64,000 nucleotides of DNA from Promethearchaeia archaeon (GCA_046483985.1 JAWOCD010000092.1:1-64000), one strand, 5' to 3'. Shown: positions 37,404 through 46,927, counted from the first letter of the stretch. A program made the numbers and translations. The notes: generated by a model from the letters alone, not told the origin.

Positions 37404-37897
37404 AATAATGACTACCAACCATAAGTAAAAAAATTTACGTGTTTTCACTAAAACTCTTATTTAAGTACTAAATAAAAGCCCATAAGCCCTTCTCGGCCTC
37501 CAACGGTAAATCCTAAGAAGGAATAAAATTGTTCACGAATAAATTATTAATAGAAAAACAATAAGTTTATTGATAATCAAATAAACCAAAGAAAAACGTA
37601 TACATATAATCAATAAATTTTTAAACGATAAAAGAATTAATCTACATAGAAATTTAGAAATATTTTATTTCTACTAGTTCTCTTATATTCAATTATAAGA
37701 GAAAAGAGTTCTATTTGTATAAAATTGATTCATGAATAATGAAAAAATATTTCATTGAATACAAAATTTCATAATTAAATTGACATTACAGAGAATTTTA
37801 CAAGAATAAACGAAATTAACTAATCCATTCTCAATTTCTGAATGGATTAAAATCTAAAAAATTATAGATGAAATTAAAGAATTGAGCATAAGAACAT

Positions 37898-39808
37898 ATG
37901 AGTTTTAAAAAAGAATTAAATAGCATAAAACAAGAAATCCTTGATTATTTTCCGCCAGAGATTAAAGTAAACAAAATAGAATTTGAAGGACCAGAAATTG
38001 CAGTATATTCAGAGAATTCCAACTTAGATTTTGTCGAAGATTCTAATTTGTTGAAGAGTTTAGCGAAAAAGATGAGAAAAAGAGTCGTGATCAGGTGGAA
38101 TGTAGAAAAAAGAAAGGATCCAGCAGAAACAAGAGAATATATCAAAAACTTAATCGGAGAAGAGGCAGGCATTTCGGATATTGAATTTGATCATAATCGT
38201 GGGGAAGTAATTATCGAATCCGAGAAGCCTGGCTTAGTCATTGGTAAAAAAGGGGTAAATCTGAAAGAAATTAGAGCCAACACCTATTGGCAACCTAAGA
38301 CCATAAGAACTCCCCCGTTAAGTTCCAGAACCATTCAATTAATCCGAGGTATGTTGAGCAAGGAAAGAAAAACACAAAAAGAGATCTTATTACGGATAGG
38401 AAAGAGAATCCATAGACCTGTCGTATATAACGATCTATCAATCCGAATGACGGCATTAGGAGGATTCAGGGAAGTGGGGCGTTCTTGTATCTTGCTTCAA
38501 ACTAAAGATAGTAATATCATGTTGGATTGTGGTTTAAATGTGGGGAATCCTTACGAGAAATTCCCTTTTTTTTCTGTTCCAGAATTTTCTGTCAGAAATT
38601 TAGACGCTGTGGTTGTAACTCACGCCCATTTGGATCACTGCGGTCTTGTTCCATTTCTTTATAAATACGGATACCGGGGTCCGGTGTACACTACCCTGCC
38701 CACACGAAACCTATCAACCATGCTACAGCTCGATTATATTCAAATCTGCGAAAAAGAAGGAACGCCTGGACCTTATTCAAAGGGAGATGTAAAAAAAACA
38801 GTTCTTCACACTATCCCTCTCTCCTGGGGAAAAGTTACAGATATTGCACCCGATGTCAAATTAACACTCCATAATTCAGGTCATATCTTGGGGTCCTCCA
38901 TTGTCCATCTTCATTTTGGAAAAGGGGGATATAATTTTGTCTATAGCGGAGATTTCAAATATCAAAAAACCCGATTATTGGAAAAAGCAAATGTCAAATT
39001 CCCACGGGTAGAGAGTTTGCTTATTGAATCTACTTACGGGGGACCACAAGATAGGATTCCAAGCCGTCATGATTCTGAAAAAGAATTAAGACAAATTATC
39101 AACCATACCGTTAAAAATGGAGGAAAAGTTTTAATTCCAGTGCTTGCAGTAGGGAGAGCTCAAGAAATAATAATCGTTTTGGAGGAATTCCTCTCTCGAG
39201 GGTTAATCGAGGAGGTCCCCATCTTTTTAGATGGTTTAATTTCAGAGGCAACGGCGATACATACCGCGAATCCCGATTTCCTTAGTTCGGACTTAAGAGA
39301 AAAAATCCTCCATCAAGGAAAAAATCCATTTCTGTCGGAGTTTTTCACAACCGTCGGTTCACATGAAGAACGGATGGATATTTTACAAGGTGGACCCGCT
39401 GTAATATTAGCAACCAGTGGAATGTTAATTGGAGGACCATCCGTGCAGTATTTGAAGGGTTTAGCACAAGACAAAAAAAGTTCGCTAATTTTTGTATCCT
39501 ATCAAGTTTCTGGAACTCTTGGAAATAGAATTCAGAGAGGATTCAGAGAATTTCAATACGTTGACAATAAAGGGAGAACTCAATTGGTTAAGTTAAACCT
39601 TAAGACATTTACATTAGAAGGTTTTAGCGGTCATTCGTCTCGAAGTCAAATTTCACAGTTTTTACGTAGAATTCAACCGCGTCCGAAACTTGTTATTACA
39701 AACCACGGAGAAGAATCAAAATGTGTGAGTTTATCCACAATGGTGCACAAAAAACTACATAAAGCCACAAGAACTCCGCGTAATACTGAGACGGTTTTAC
39801 TTAAATAG
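37898..39808 (+). CDS. fttA: Beta-CASP ribonuclease aCPSF1 / transcription termination factor FttA
   Basis: N-terminal KH domains (PGLVIGKKG), GGFREVGRSC, HAHLDH, GHILGS, ESTYG, GFSGHS, HGE. Confidence 0.95.
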   Translation: MSFKKELNSIKQEILDYFPPEIKVNKIEFEGPEIAVYSENSNLDFVEDSNLLKSLAKKMRKRVVIRWNVEKRKDPAETREYIKNLIGEEAGISDIEFDHNRGEVIIESEKPGLVIGKKGVNLKEIRANTYWQPKTIRTPPLSSRTIQLIRGMLSKERKTQKEILLRIGKRIHRPVVYNDLSIRMTALGGFREVGRSCILLQTKDSNIMLDCGLNVGNPYEKFPFFSVPEFSVRNLDAVVVTHAHLDHCGLVPFLYKYGYRGPVYTTLPTRNLSTMLQLDYIQICEKEGTPGPYSKGDVKKTVLHTIPLSWGKVTDIAPDVKLTLHNSGHILGSSIVHLHFGKGGYNFVYSGDFKYQKTRLLEKANVKFPRVESLLIESTYGGPQDRIPSRHDSEKELRQIINHTVKNGGKVLIPVLAVGRAQEIIIVLEEFLSRGLIEEVPIFLDGLISEATAIHTANPDFLSSDLREKILHQGKNPFLSEFFTTVGSHEERMDILQGGPAVILATSGMLIGGPSVQYLKGLAQDKKSSLIFVSYQVSGTLGNRIQRGFREFQYVDNKGRTQLVKLNLKTFTLEGFSGHSSRSQISQFLRRIQPRPKLVITNHGEESKCVSLSTMVHKKLHKATRTPRNTETVLLK

Positions 39809-39939
39809 ATATTCCCTTCCTTTTCCTTTAATAGAGCTAATATCCCACTTAGGAAAAATTAATTTTTTTAACTAACAATTATTTAATAATGTAAATAATT
39901 TCTTCAAACTCATAAAAAACTAAATGAAAGTGGGAGTTC

Positions 39940-40881
39940 TTGTCCGATAAAAAAATTAATTTAAAAGAAAAAAAGGTTACAATTGCCCGACGCATAGTAC
40001 AAACTATCGCATTTCTCTTAATTAATTATGTGATCATTGAGTTAATCTTTTCTATAAATCTGAAAGGATTTGAAGGATTTATAAAGATTTTACCGATTTT
40101 AAATTCACCGCGTAATCCATTATCGGACGGAGCTGGAATGCTGGAATACATTTATTATTTCTTTATCGAGGGAGTATTTCCCTTTTTCATTAGTGGAGCG
40201 TTAATTCTCATCCTTCTATTTACCAATCGTTTTTTCTGTGGATGGGTTTGTCCGATTGGATTTATCCAAGATCTTCTATGCAAGATTCCCAAGGAAACTA
40301 AACGGGTTAGCATAGAAAACCATAATTCCTTAGTTAAATTAAAATATTTAATAGTAATTCTTATCACAATTATTATTGTCCCTCTGGGCGTTACCAAACT
40401 TACGGATTTAGTCTTCTATTTTCAATATAAGCAAAATCTCGGTCAAATGGCACAAAAACCATTGGGATATTTTTCATTGTCGGAATTTATTTTTGTCTTT
40501 TTACCCGACCTCTTTGGGCAAATTTGGGAAGCTGCAGAGCTTAGTCCGCTTTTTTCTGATTGGTTCATTTTTCTTTATTTCGCATTTTATATAATCGTAT
40601 TAATAATTACTGTTTATTATCCGCGCGCCTATTGTCGATATATTTGTCCTTTCGGAGGTGTCGCTTCTGCAGTGAGTGATTATTCATTTGTAACACTCTC
40701 CAGAAGTCCCGTAAAATGTGTTGGTAGGAAAAAATGCGGTGTGTGCGAGCGAGTCTGTCCTAAACAAATACGAATTCTAGATGAACCCTTCGAGTTCTTT
40801 ACAGGATCTGGTGAATGTAATATGTGTTTAGAATGCTTAGAGAGTTGTCCGTACGATGCAATTAAAATTAAGATGAAATAA
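39940..40881 (+). CDS. Membrane 4Fe-4S binding protein (NapH/NosR-like)
   Basis: RFFCGWVCPIG, RAYCRYICPFG, two ferredoxin-type Cys clusters. Confidence 0.88.
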   Translation: MSDKKINLKEKKVTIARRIVQTIAFLLINYVIIELIFSINLKGFEGFIKILPILNSPRNPLSDGAGMLEYIYYFFIEGVFPFFISGALILILLFTNRFFCGWVCPIGFIQDLLCKIPKETKRVSIENHNSLVKLKYLIVILITIIIVPLGVTKLTDLVFYFQYKQNLGQMAQKPLGYFSLSEFIFVFLPDLFGQIWEAAELSPLFSDWFIFLYFAFYIIVLIITVYYPRAYCRYICPFGGVASAVSDYSFVTLSRSPVKCVGRKKCGVCERVCPKQIRILDEPFEFFTGSGECNMCLECLESCPYDAIKIKMK

Positions 40882-41046
40882 GAACTTTACCCTTTGAATT
40901 TCGAACGTTATTATGTTAATTTTAAGCCTATTGGGCACCTATATCAGCAAAAAAATAAATAAAAGATTAACCTTAAATTGGGATTTTTTAATATATACAA
41001 ATAAGAGATTATAATTGTCAATAAATAAAGAAAAAGATAATTCGTC

Positions 41047-42252
41047 ATGGATGAAAGGCGGCTCAAAAAAATTAGCAATAGATTAAATCGAGATTCAGAA
41101 CTCGGTAAACTCGCAATCAAGAATTCTGACGCGGTAAGATATTATGAAGAAGAGAATAAGAAAAAATATCGAGATACGCGACCTCCTTTTTTTCGTGATG
41201 TAGATAGGATTGTTCATTCAAAGGCTTATTCACGCTACATTGACAAGACTCAAGTTTTTTATGAGATAAACAATGCGAATATCACACATCGATCATTGCA
41301 TGTAATTCTGGTTTCACGAATCAGCCGGCATATTGGTCGTATACTAAAGCTCAATACAGACCTTATAGAGGCAATTTCACTCGGACATGATGTGGGGCAT
41401 TCTCCCTACGGGCACTTAGGTGAAGACATTTTAAGTGATATTAGTGCAGAAGAAGATATTGGAAGATTTCATCATAATGCACAAGGAATACGTTGGTTAT
41501 TATATTTAGAGAAGAGATTCCCCAAAGAACCAGCTCAAGGACTCAATCTCACTTTACAGGTGTTAGACGGAATCCTATGCCATGATGGTGAGATTAATGA
41601 ACGTGTTCTAAAGCCAGAGGAAATAAATGGAAAGAAATGGGATGACTTTTTTGACGAATATAATAACTGTTTTAGGGAAGACGAAATGGATGTCATCCCG
41701 ATGTCTTATGAAGGAATTGTTGTTCGGTTTGCCGACACCATCAGTTATATTGGAAGAGATATTGAAGATGCCATTCTCTTAAAACTGATTGATCGAGAGG
41801 AAATTCCAGAGTTTTGTCAAGACGCATTAGGTGATACCAACAGAAAAATCATTGACACATTAGTCATGGATCTGATTGATTATAGTATGGATCATAGAGA
41901 AGTAGGATATAGCCAAGAGATATTTGAAGCTCTGAAAAAGCTTAAGGAATTTAATTATGAGCGAATTTACAAGCGACGAGATCTTTACATCAGAGAGGGT
42001 TGCGATAAACCGTTCCATGAAGAATTAAAGGAAAAATTTCAAGTTATTTATAATCAATCATTGAAAGACCTTCGGGAGGAAAATTTTCAAGCACCCGTCT
42101 TTGTTGATCATATTGAATATATTGATGATAAAAGCTATTCTACCTATTATTATCCTCTAAAAAGGACGGGAAAACTTGCACTTCTTGTTCGAGATTATAT
42201 TGCAGGGATGTCTGATAACTATTTTATGGAGATTTACAATCGATATAAATAG
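41047..42252 (+). CDS. dGTP triphosphohydrolase-like HD-domain protein
   Basis: RDVDRIVHSKAYSRYIDKTQVF, HRSLH, GHDVGHSPYGHLGE, ADTISY, DYIAGMSD. Confidence 0.9.
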   Translation: MDERRLKKISNRLNRDSELGKLAIKNSDAVRYYEEENKKKYRDTRPPFFRDVDRIVHSKAYSRYIDKTQVFYEINNANITHRSLHVILVSRISRHIGRILKLNTDLIEAISLGHDVGHSPYGHLGEDILSDISAEEDIGRFHHNAQGIRWLLYLEKRFPKEPAQGLNLTLQVLDGILCHDGEINERVLKPEEINGKKWDDFFDEYNNCFREDEMDVIPMSYEGIVVRFADTISYIGRDIEDAILLKLIDREEIPEFCQDALGDTNRKIIDTLVMDLIDYSMDHREVGYSQEIFEALKKLKEFNYERIYKRRDLYIREGCDKPFHEELKEKFQVIYNQSLKDLREENFQAPVFVDHIEYIDDKSYSTYYYPLKRTGKLALLVRDYIAGMSDNYFMEIYNRYK

Positions 42253-42256
42253 AGAT

Positions 42257-42312
42257 CTGAAGCCCCCCTCCCTAAAGGAAAAAGAATCCTACGAGATCAC
42301 TAAGTATTCCGC
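42257..42312 (-). mobile_element. Degraded IS200/IS605 right-end remnant
   Basis: Aligns with 659-715 (CCCTAAAGGA...TCCTACGAG..CACTAAG) with a damaged hairpin. Confidence 0.65.
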
Positions 42313-42645
42313 TATAAGTTAAAAATCTAGATGGAGTTCTTTTTTTGGGGAACAAAAAAAGAAGAAATTGCTGTAGATAAAAGTGTGGATTATCTAGAGA
42401 AGGATAGAAATAAGTTTTTTCAGTTTTCACGGGGTAAATTTTTTTTGACTTCGATCATCTTTTTGGGGTTCCATTACTTTATGTTTTTAAAGAATGAAAT
42501 ATAATAACCGAAGTTATATTTTTTATCCTCTCTAGTATAATCCATGATATTAATAGAAGGCTAACTATTTAAATGCTTTTGATATAGGAATCTTTTATAT
42601 AAGTCCCACAACTATTAAGGGGAACATATGTTTTTGTCAATTTTC

Positions 42646-42682
42646 AAGAATTTCGGAAAGAATTTCGGAAAGAATTTCGGAA
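42646..42682. repeat. 12-bp tandem repeat x3 (AAGAATTTCGGA)
   Basis: Three perfect adjacent copies. Confidence 0.9.
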
Positions 42683-42823
42683 TTAATGAACAACTCATGC
42701 CTAAAGGGTTTTTAATAAAATGATAGTGAGCATATTTAGAAATTTTTTAAAATTAGAATATGTTATATATAGATAGGAAAAACTAGTTTTTCATCATATT
42801 TCTTTTACATAATAAATATATAA

Positions 42824-42925
42824 AGCCCAGTAGTGTAGCGGTCAATCATTCGGGGCCCTGAAGGATTTCTTTTTGAAGAGGTCTGGCGAGACCCTGAAAC
42901 CACGGTTCGAATCCGTGCTGGGCTA
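42824..42925 (+). tRNA. tRNA-Gln(CUG) with canonical 37/38 intron (42862-42890)
   Basis: AGCCCAG/CTGGGCT acceptor (A1-U72, typical of archaeal Gln), 29-nt intron with BHB-like geometry, GGTTCGAATCC. Mature length 73 nt. Confidence 0.88.
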
Positions 42926-42964
42926 CTTCTTTTATTCCTCTTGAATAAATCAAGCAAAATAAAC

Positions 42965-43393
42965 TTAATTAATAATCATATATCGAAAATTTCCAATCTC
43001 TGTTAAGCTGTTAATTTCTACTACAACTTCATGAAACAATGGAAGCGGGCCCTCATAAACTAAAAAGATAATCAAATTTGGGTTTGAAAAATGTTGGGAT
43101 TTGCTCACAATATTTTTCTTATATTTCAGTTCAATACTATTCAGACGCTTCTGGAATTTTTTAGTATTAGGGGCAACAAGAACCATATTTCCAGTGATAT
43201 TCTCTTTCGGAATGAACAATCCAGATTTAGTTTCGTTTAGCGTATCGGAGATTTCCGCGCTCGACATAAGCCTCATCAACGCATCTCTTACCAACTTTGA
43301 CCTATTATCATATTTATTTTTGGTTACAAGTTTATTAATGAATCGCTCAATGCTTTTGCTAATAGAAAAACTTACGACTGGGATAAATACCAC
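42965..43393 (-). CDS. CopG/NikR-like ribbon-helix-helix regulator with C-terminal ACT-like domain
   Basis: PVVSFSIS...YDNRSKLVRDAL; C-terminal ACT-like pattern without the NikR HxH/C metal ligands. Confidence 0.75.
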   Translation of the reverse strand: MVFIPVVSFSISKSIERFINKLVTKNKYDNRSKLVRDALMRLMSSAEISDTLNETKSGLFIPKENITGNMVLVAPNTKKFQKRLNSIELKYKKNIVSKSQHFSNPNLIIFLVYEGPLPLFHEVVVEINSLTEIGNFRYMIIN

Positions 43394-43495
43394 CTTATGA
43401 AATTAGTATATTCTATATTATTAGTTGGAAGAAGTTAATATTTATACTTTACTCAATTATAATATAGTTTATTAACCTTTCCCTAAAAGATTTAT

Positions 43496-43592
43496 GGAGG
43501 GTTCCGAATCCGTTCTCTTTTCGTAAGTTGAACGGTTATGCGCCATTAAACGCTCTCATTCGGGAGAGCAAAATAGGTTTTGCACCCTTTTT
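43496..43592 (+). ncRNA. Candidate structured (possibly pseudoknotted) non-coding RNA
   Basis: GGAGGGU/ACCCUUU closing helix; CCGUUC/GAACGG, CUCUC/GAGAG and GCAAAA/UUUUGC hairpins; TTTATTAA about 25 nt upstream and T-tract at the 3' end. Confidence 0.55.
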
Positions 43593-43670
43593 GCATTTTC
43601 CAAGAATTTAATTCCTAAGATCTTTTAAAATTAATGATAAATTTTCAATAAAATGAGTCTAGGTAAAAAA

Positions 43671-46064
43671 TTATAACTTTATTGTCCGTTTGATGACATC
43701 CCTAAAGTTTTCAACATCGTTAACGAGTTTATCCGCATCCTCTTCGCTGATCTTCTCTTCCTTCTCGTATTTATTCAAACGGGTAAGCCAAAATTCGATC
43801 CGGTCTAAGACAGGGTTCTCATCTCCAAGCACCTTGCGAAGTCGAATAAAAGTGTCGTGCAATTTATTTCGAATATTCTGTGCTTTCCAATGTAGCATAC
43901 AATAATCACTGACCTCTGCTAGATTTTGGGTAATTGCCATGATATCAATAGTTTTTTCTCTCTCTTCGCTTTTAATGTGTCTGATGATATTTATTTGTTC
44001 AAATAAAACTTCAATAACCTTAGCCAAAAATCCTGTTAATTGGCCAGGATTGTTGCACCATACTCTCACTTCTAAGGATTGGTTATTCTCAGAAACTAAA
44101 ATTCGAGTAATAATTCGTCCACCAGACACTTTGGCTTCACTACAATACCATGCTTCTCCTTCATATGCTCCAGAGGAATCAGTCCCTTCATAGGAGGAAA
44201 CTGAACTAGTTTCAAAATTCTTAAGTGCTCTAATTGCTGCTCGGAATGCTAACCGAGGGTCTAAGTCCGCGATCATAAAGGCTCGAGCATCGTTTGGGAG
44301 GCTTTGAATTGCAAGCTGACAATCCTCAATAGAGCTAAGAGAAGTGCAGACAAGCGGGCACTTAATTTGAACTTCTTTATTACGAATTATTATGGTACGT
44401 TTCTTTCCCTTGGCGTTTTTATAGATCACTGTCCCCCCAATGTTAGATATACCACATTCTTTGGGTTCCAAATAAAAATCTACTCCATGGGATGTTTTTG
44501 CTTCAATAACTGGAATATTAATGAGGTATTCTTTCGATTTAAAGCTTGATGGGACGTCTAATATTACTTTCACGTTATTAATGGCCATTTTACTATGATT
44601 TTTCACTACCACTTTAAAGCGAATTTGACCGCCAACAAAATCGTATTCTCGAAGAACTTCTACTTTGTCCTTATCGTCATGTTCTTCGGGTTCTTCAAAT
44701 ATTTCCTTCTCTTGATCAGATGGGGGTTGCCCTCGTGAACTCGCAGATGGAGCATGAACTCGTTCTGCAACAAATATACGGTTTTGCATATCGATATATC
44801 CATCAATATCCCCTCTTCCAATCATAATAGCAAGATGCTCCTCAATACTGGATTTGGTAATCCCCAATTTATTTGATAATTCTCGTAAAGGCATTTTTCT
44901 GTAGGCTCGAGAGATCTCTCTGATCTTATTTTCCAAATAGGCTTCTGTCATAAATTCCCGTCTTTGAGTGAACAATCCTTTAATTTTCTCGCTCTTAATC
45001 ATCGCATGTAAATTCTTTCTTGCCAATTCTGGTGCAATTTTCAATTTTTCTGCTAATTTTGATAATTTGAATAACCCGGCTTGCTGTGCATAATTTTGGA
45101 TCTCTTGTTTAATTTTAGATTCAGTGATTAATTCATTTCCCATGTCAGCAAAAAAGGCATCAATTTCGTTAGTTCTCATTAAGTTCGTGCAAAAATTTTT
45201 CGTTAAATCCACAGGTATCTGGAAAATGTTTGCAAGTTCTTTGAGTGTTGCTTTTCCTTTTTCATTTATCTCAGAAATAAGAGTATTTGTAATATACTCT
45301 TGAGTATAATAATGCTTTTTATCTTTAGAAAAGGAGCCTTTAATTTTATAGCGTCTTATTAGATTATATACCAATTTTAGAGCATTATCTGAATTCATAT
45401 CGAGCATCATTGCAAGGTCTTGAACCTTAATTTTTCCCTTATCTTGAAATTTTGAGAGTAATTTCTCCCTCATCTCTTCTGAAATATAGTAGAACATTTG
45501 ATTGGAGGAATCAATGATTCCGTATATCCTTTCCTCTTCAATATATTTCTGAATAAATCTCACCATTTGTGATTCTGAAATATTGAATGAATTCATTATA
45601 GTTGAGAAATTTGTGATGGATGACCGTTCTAATAGGTCTAAAAAACATTTTGGGCAAACCTCTTTCCCCTCCAAATGTTTTAATTTTTTCCCACATAGCT
45701 TATAACTTTCAATTAAATTATAACGCTGGGCTTCTCGGGATAGTTTTTCTCTTGAAGGAAAAAACAACCCAGGTGTCTTTAAATAAGAATTCCAACCGCA
45801 TTTTGGATTACTACATGCTAAATAGTAATGTCCTGACGTTAAGCGCTCTTCCATTAGAAGGGATTCACATTCCGGACATTTTGAATCTCGTATGATAGGG
45901 CAACGGTAATTATGTTCGGCAGCTTTTGCTCTTGAAAAAGTATAATTATGTCTTTTACATAAAAATCGCTCAGTCGTTGCCATATGATCTACACAAAAGC
46001 TGGATTTGCAACGTTCACAAGTAAATTCTATATCTTCCGATTCACAGAATAAACATTTCTCCAT
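43671..46064 (-). CDS. Multidomain protein: N-terminal Zn fingers (AN1-like), tandem winged-helix/PCI-like repeats, C-terminal Ig-like plus platform-like domain
   Basis: CLFC..CERCKSSFCVDH; about five repeats of GxxxLxxLA..L......I.G.(F/I); VVVKNHS..INNVKVILDVP...FYLEPKECG. Confidence 0.65.
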   Translation of the reverse strand: MEKCLFCESEDIEFTCERCKSSFCVDHMATTERFLCKRHNYTFSRAKAAEHNYRCPIIRDSKCPECESLLMEERLTSGHYYLACSNPKCGWNSYLKTPGLFFPSREKLSREAQRYNLIESYKLCGKKLKHLEGKEVCPKCFLDLLERSSITNFSTIMNSFNISESQMVRFIQKYIEEERIYGIIDSSNQMFYYISEEMREKLLSKFQDKGKIKVQDLAMMLDMNSDNALKLVYNLIRRYKIKGSFSKDKKHYYTQEYITNTLISEINEKGKATLKELANIFQIPVDLTKNFCTNLMRTNEIDAFFADMGNELITESKIKQEIQNYAQQAGLFKLSKLAEKLKIAPELARKNLHAMIKSEKIKGLFTQRREFMTEAYLENKIREISRAYRKMPLRELSNKLGITKSSIEEHLAIMIGRGDIDGYIDMQNRIFVAERVHAPSASSRGQPPSDQEKEIFEEPEEHDDKDKVEVLREYDFVGGQIRFKVVVKNHSKMAINNVKVILDVPSSFKSKEYLINIPVIEAKTSHGVDFYLEPKECGISNIGGTVIYKNAKGKKRTIIIRNKEVQIKCPLVCTSLSSIEDCQLAIQSLPNDARAFMIADLDPRLAFRAAIRALKNFETSSVSSYEGTDSSGAYEGEAWYCSEAKVSGGRIITRILVSENNQSLEVRVWCNNPGQLTGFLAKVIEVLFEQINIIRHIKSEEREKTIDIMAITQNLAEVSDYCMLHWKAQNIRNKLHDTFIRLRKVLGDENPVLDRIEFWLTRLNKYEKEEKISEEDADKLVNDVENFRDVIKRTIKL

Positions 46065-46219
46065 TTATTAACACCTATCTTATTCTAAATTTTAAGGAAT
46101 AATAATCCTTTTAATAATATTATAGAAATTAAATTATAAAATTTTATATAGACCATTTTTTAATGGAAATTCTTATTGATTAAAAGATAATCTGAATTTT
46201 TATTTGTTGCTATTATTTT

Positions 46220-46927
46220 TCAAATATTACTCACATTAAATAACTCTATTCTCAAGAAACTTAAAATCATAATGATAATGTTAAAGATTATAATTATTAA
46301 GAGCATTAGAAAGTATAATTTATTTCTCCTTTGTTCTTTTTTTTCACCTCGAAGTACTTTACTTGTTCCTTGCTTTGCCAATGCTAAAGGAAATAATCCA
46401 ATAAATGTGCCGAGTGAAAAATAAAATACTGTAATTATTCCCTCTAAAGACCCATAGCTTAAAGCACATGTGAAGCTCTGAGAATAAATAAACAATTCAA
46501 ATACGCAAGGAGGATAACCAGCTAACATACCAAAGAAAAAAGGTGTTCTCTTTTTCTCCCAATTTAATTTTATTAATTCATCTTTATAGTAATTATGGGG
46601 AGCATAATCTCTTCGCATAATAAAAAAAAGAAGAAAAACTGCCGCAAACGTTGAAGAAAATGCACCAAAGAAATTGATTACATAAGGTTTTGGGATAGAT
46701 CCCAACAACCGGGGAATAAAAGTTAAAATTACAGTAATAAAAGCAATACTCATATTTGCTCCAATTAAACCTAAACCATACAGTATTAAGATTAATAAAC
46801 TATTTTTTACATTCTTAGAAATTCCAAAACTCCAAAAGAAAAAAATAGCCTTATCTTCACATGGCATCAAGGTATGAAGGATACCAATCACAAAAGCGGG
46901 AAAAAGAACAATGAAGTATTCTTGCAT
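46220..46927 (-). CDS. NiCoT/UreH/DsbD_2-like membrane protein
   Basis: GILHTLMPCEDK, GMLAGYPPC, YFSLGT; 6 TM segments. Confidence 0.65.
   Translation of the reverse strand: MQEYFIVLFPAFVIGILHTLMPCEDKAIFFFWSFGISKNVKNSLLILILYGLGLIGANMSIAFITVILTFIPRLLGSIPKPYVINFFGAFSSTFAAVFLLFFIMRRDYAPHNYYKDELIKLNWEKKRTPFFFGMLAGYPPCVFELFIYSQSFTCALSYGSLEGIITVFYFSLGTFIGLFPLALAKQGTSKVLRGEKKEQRRNKLYFLMLLIIIIFNIIIMILSFLRIELFNVSNI

Noticed and set aside
42646-42682. Possible CRISPR array
   Set aside because: Adjacent 12-bp repeats with no spacers; no cas genes in the window.
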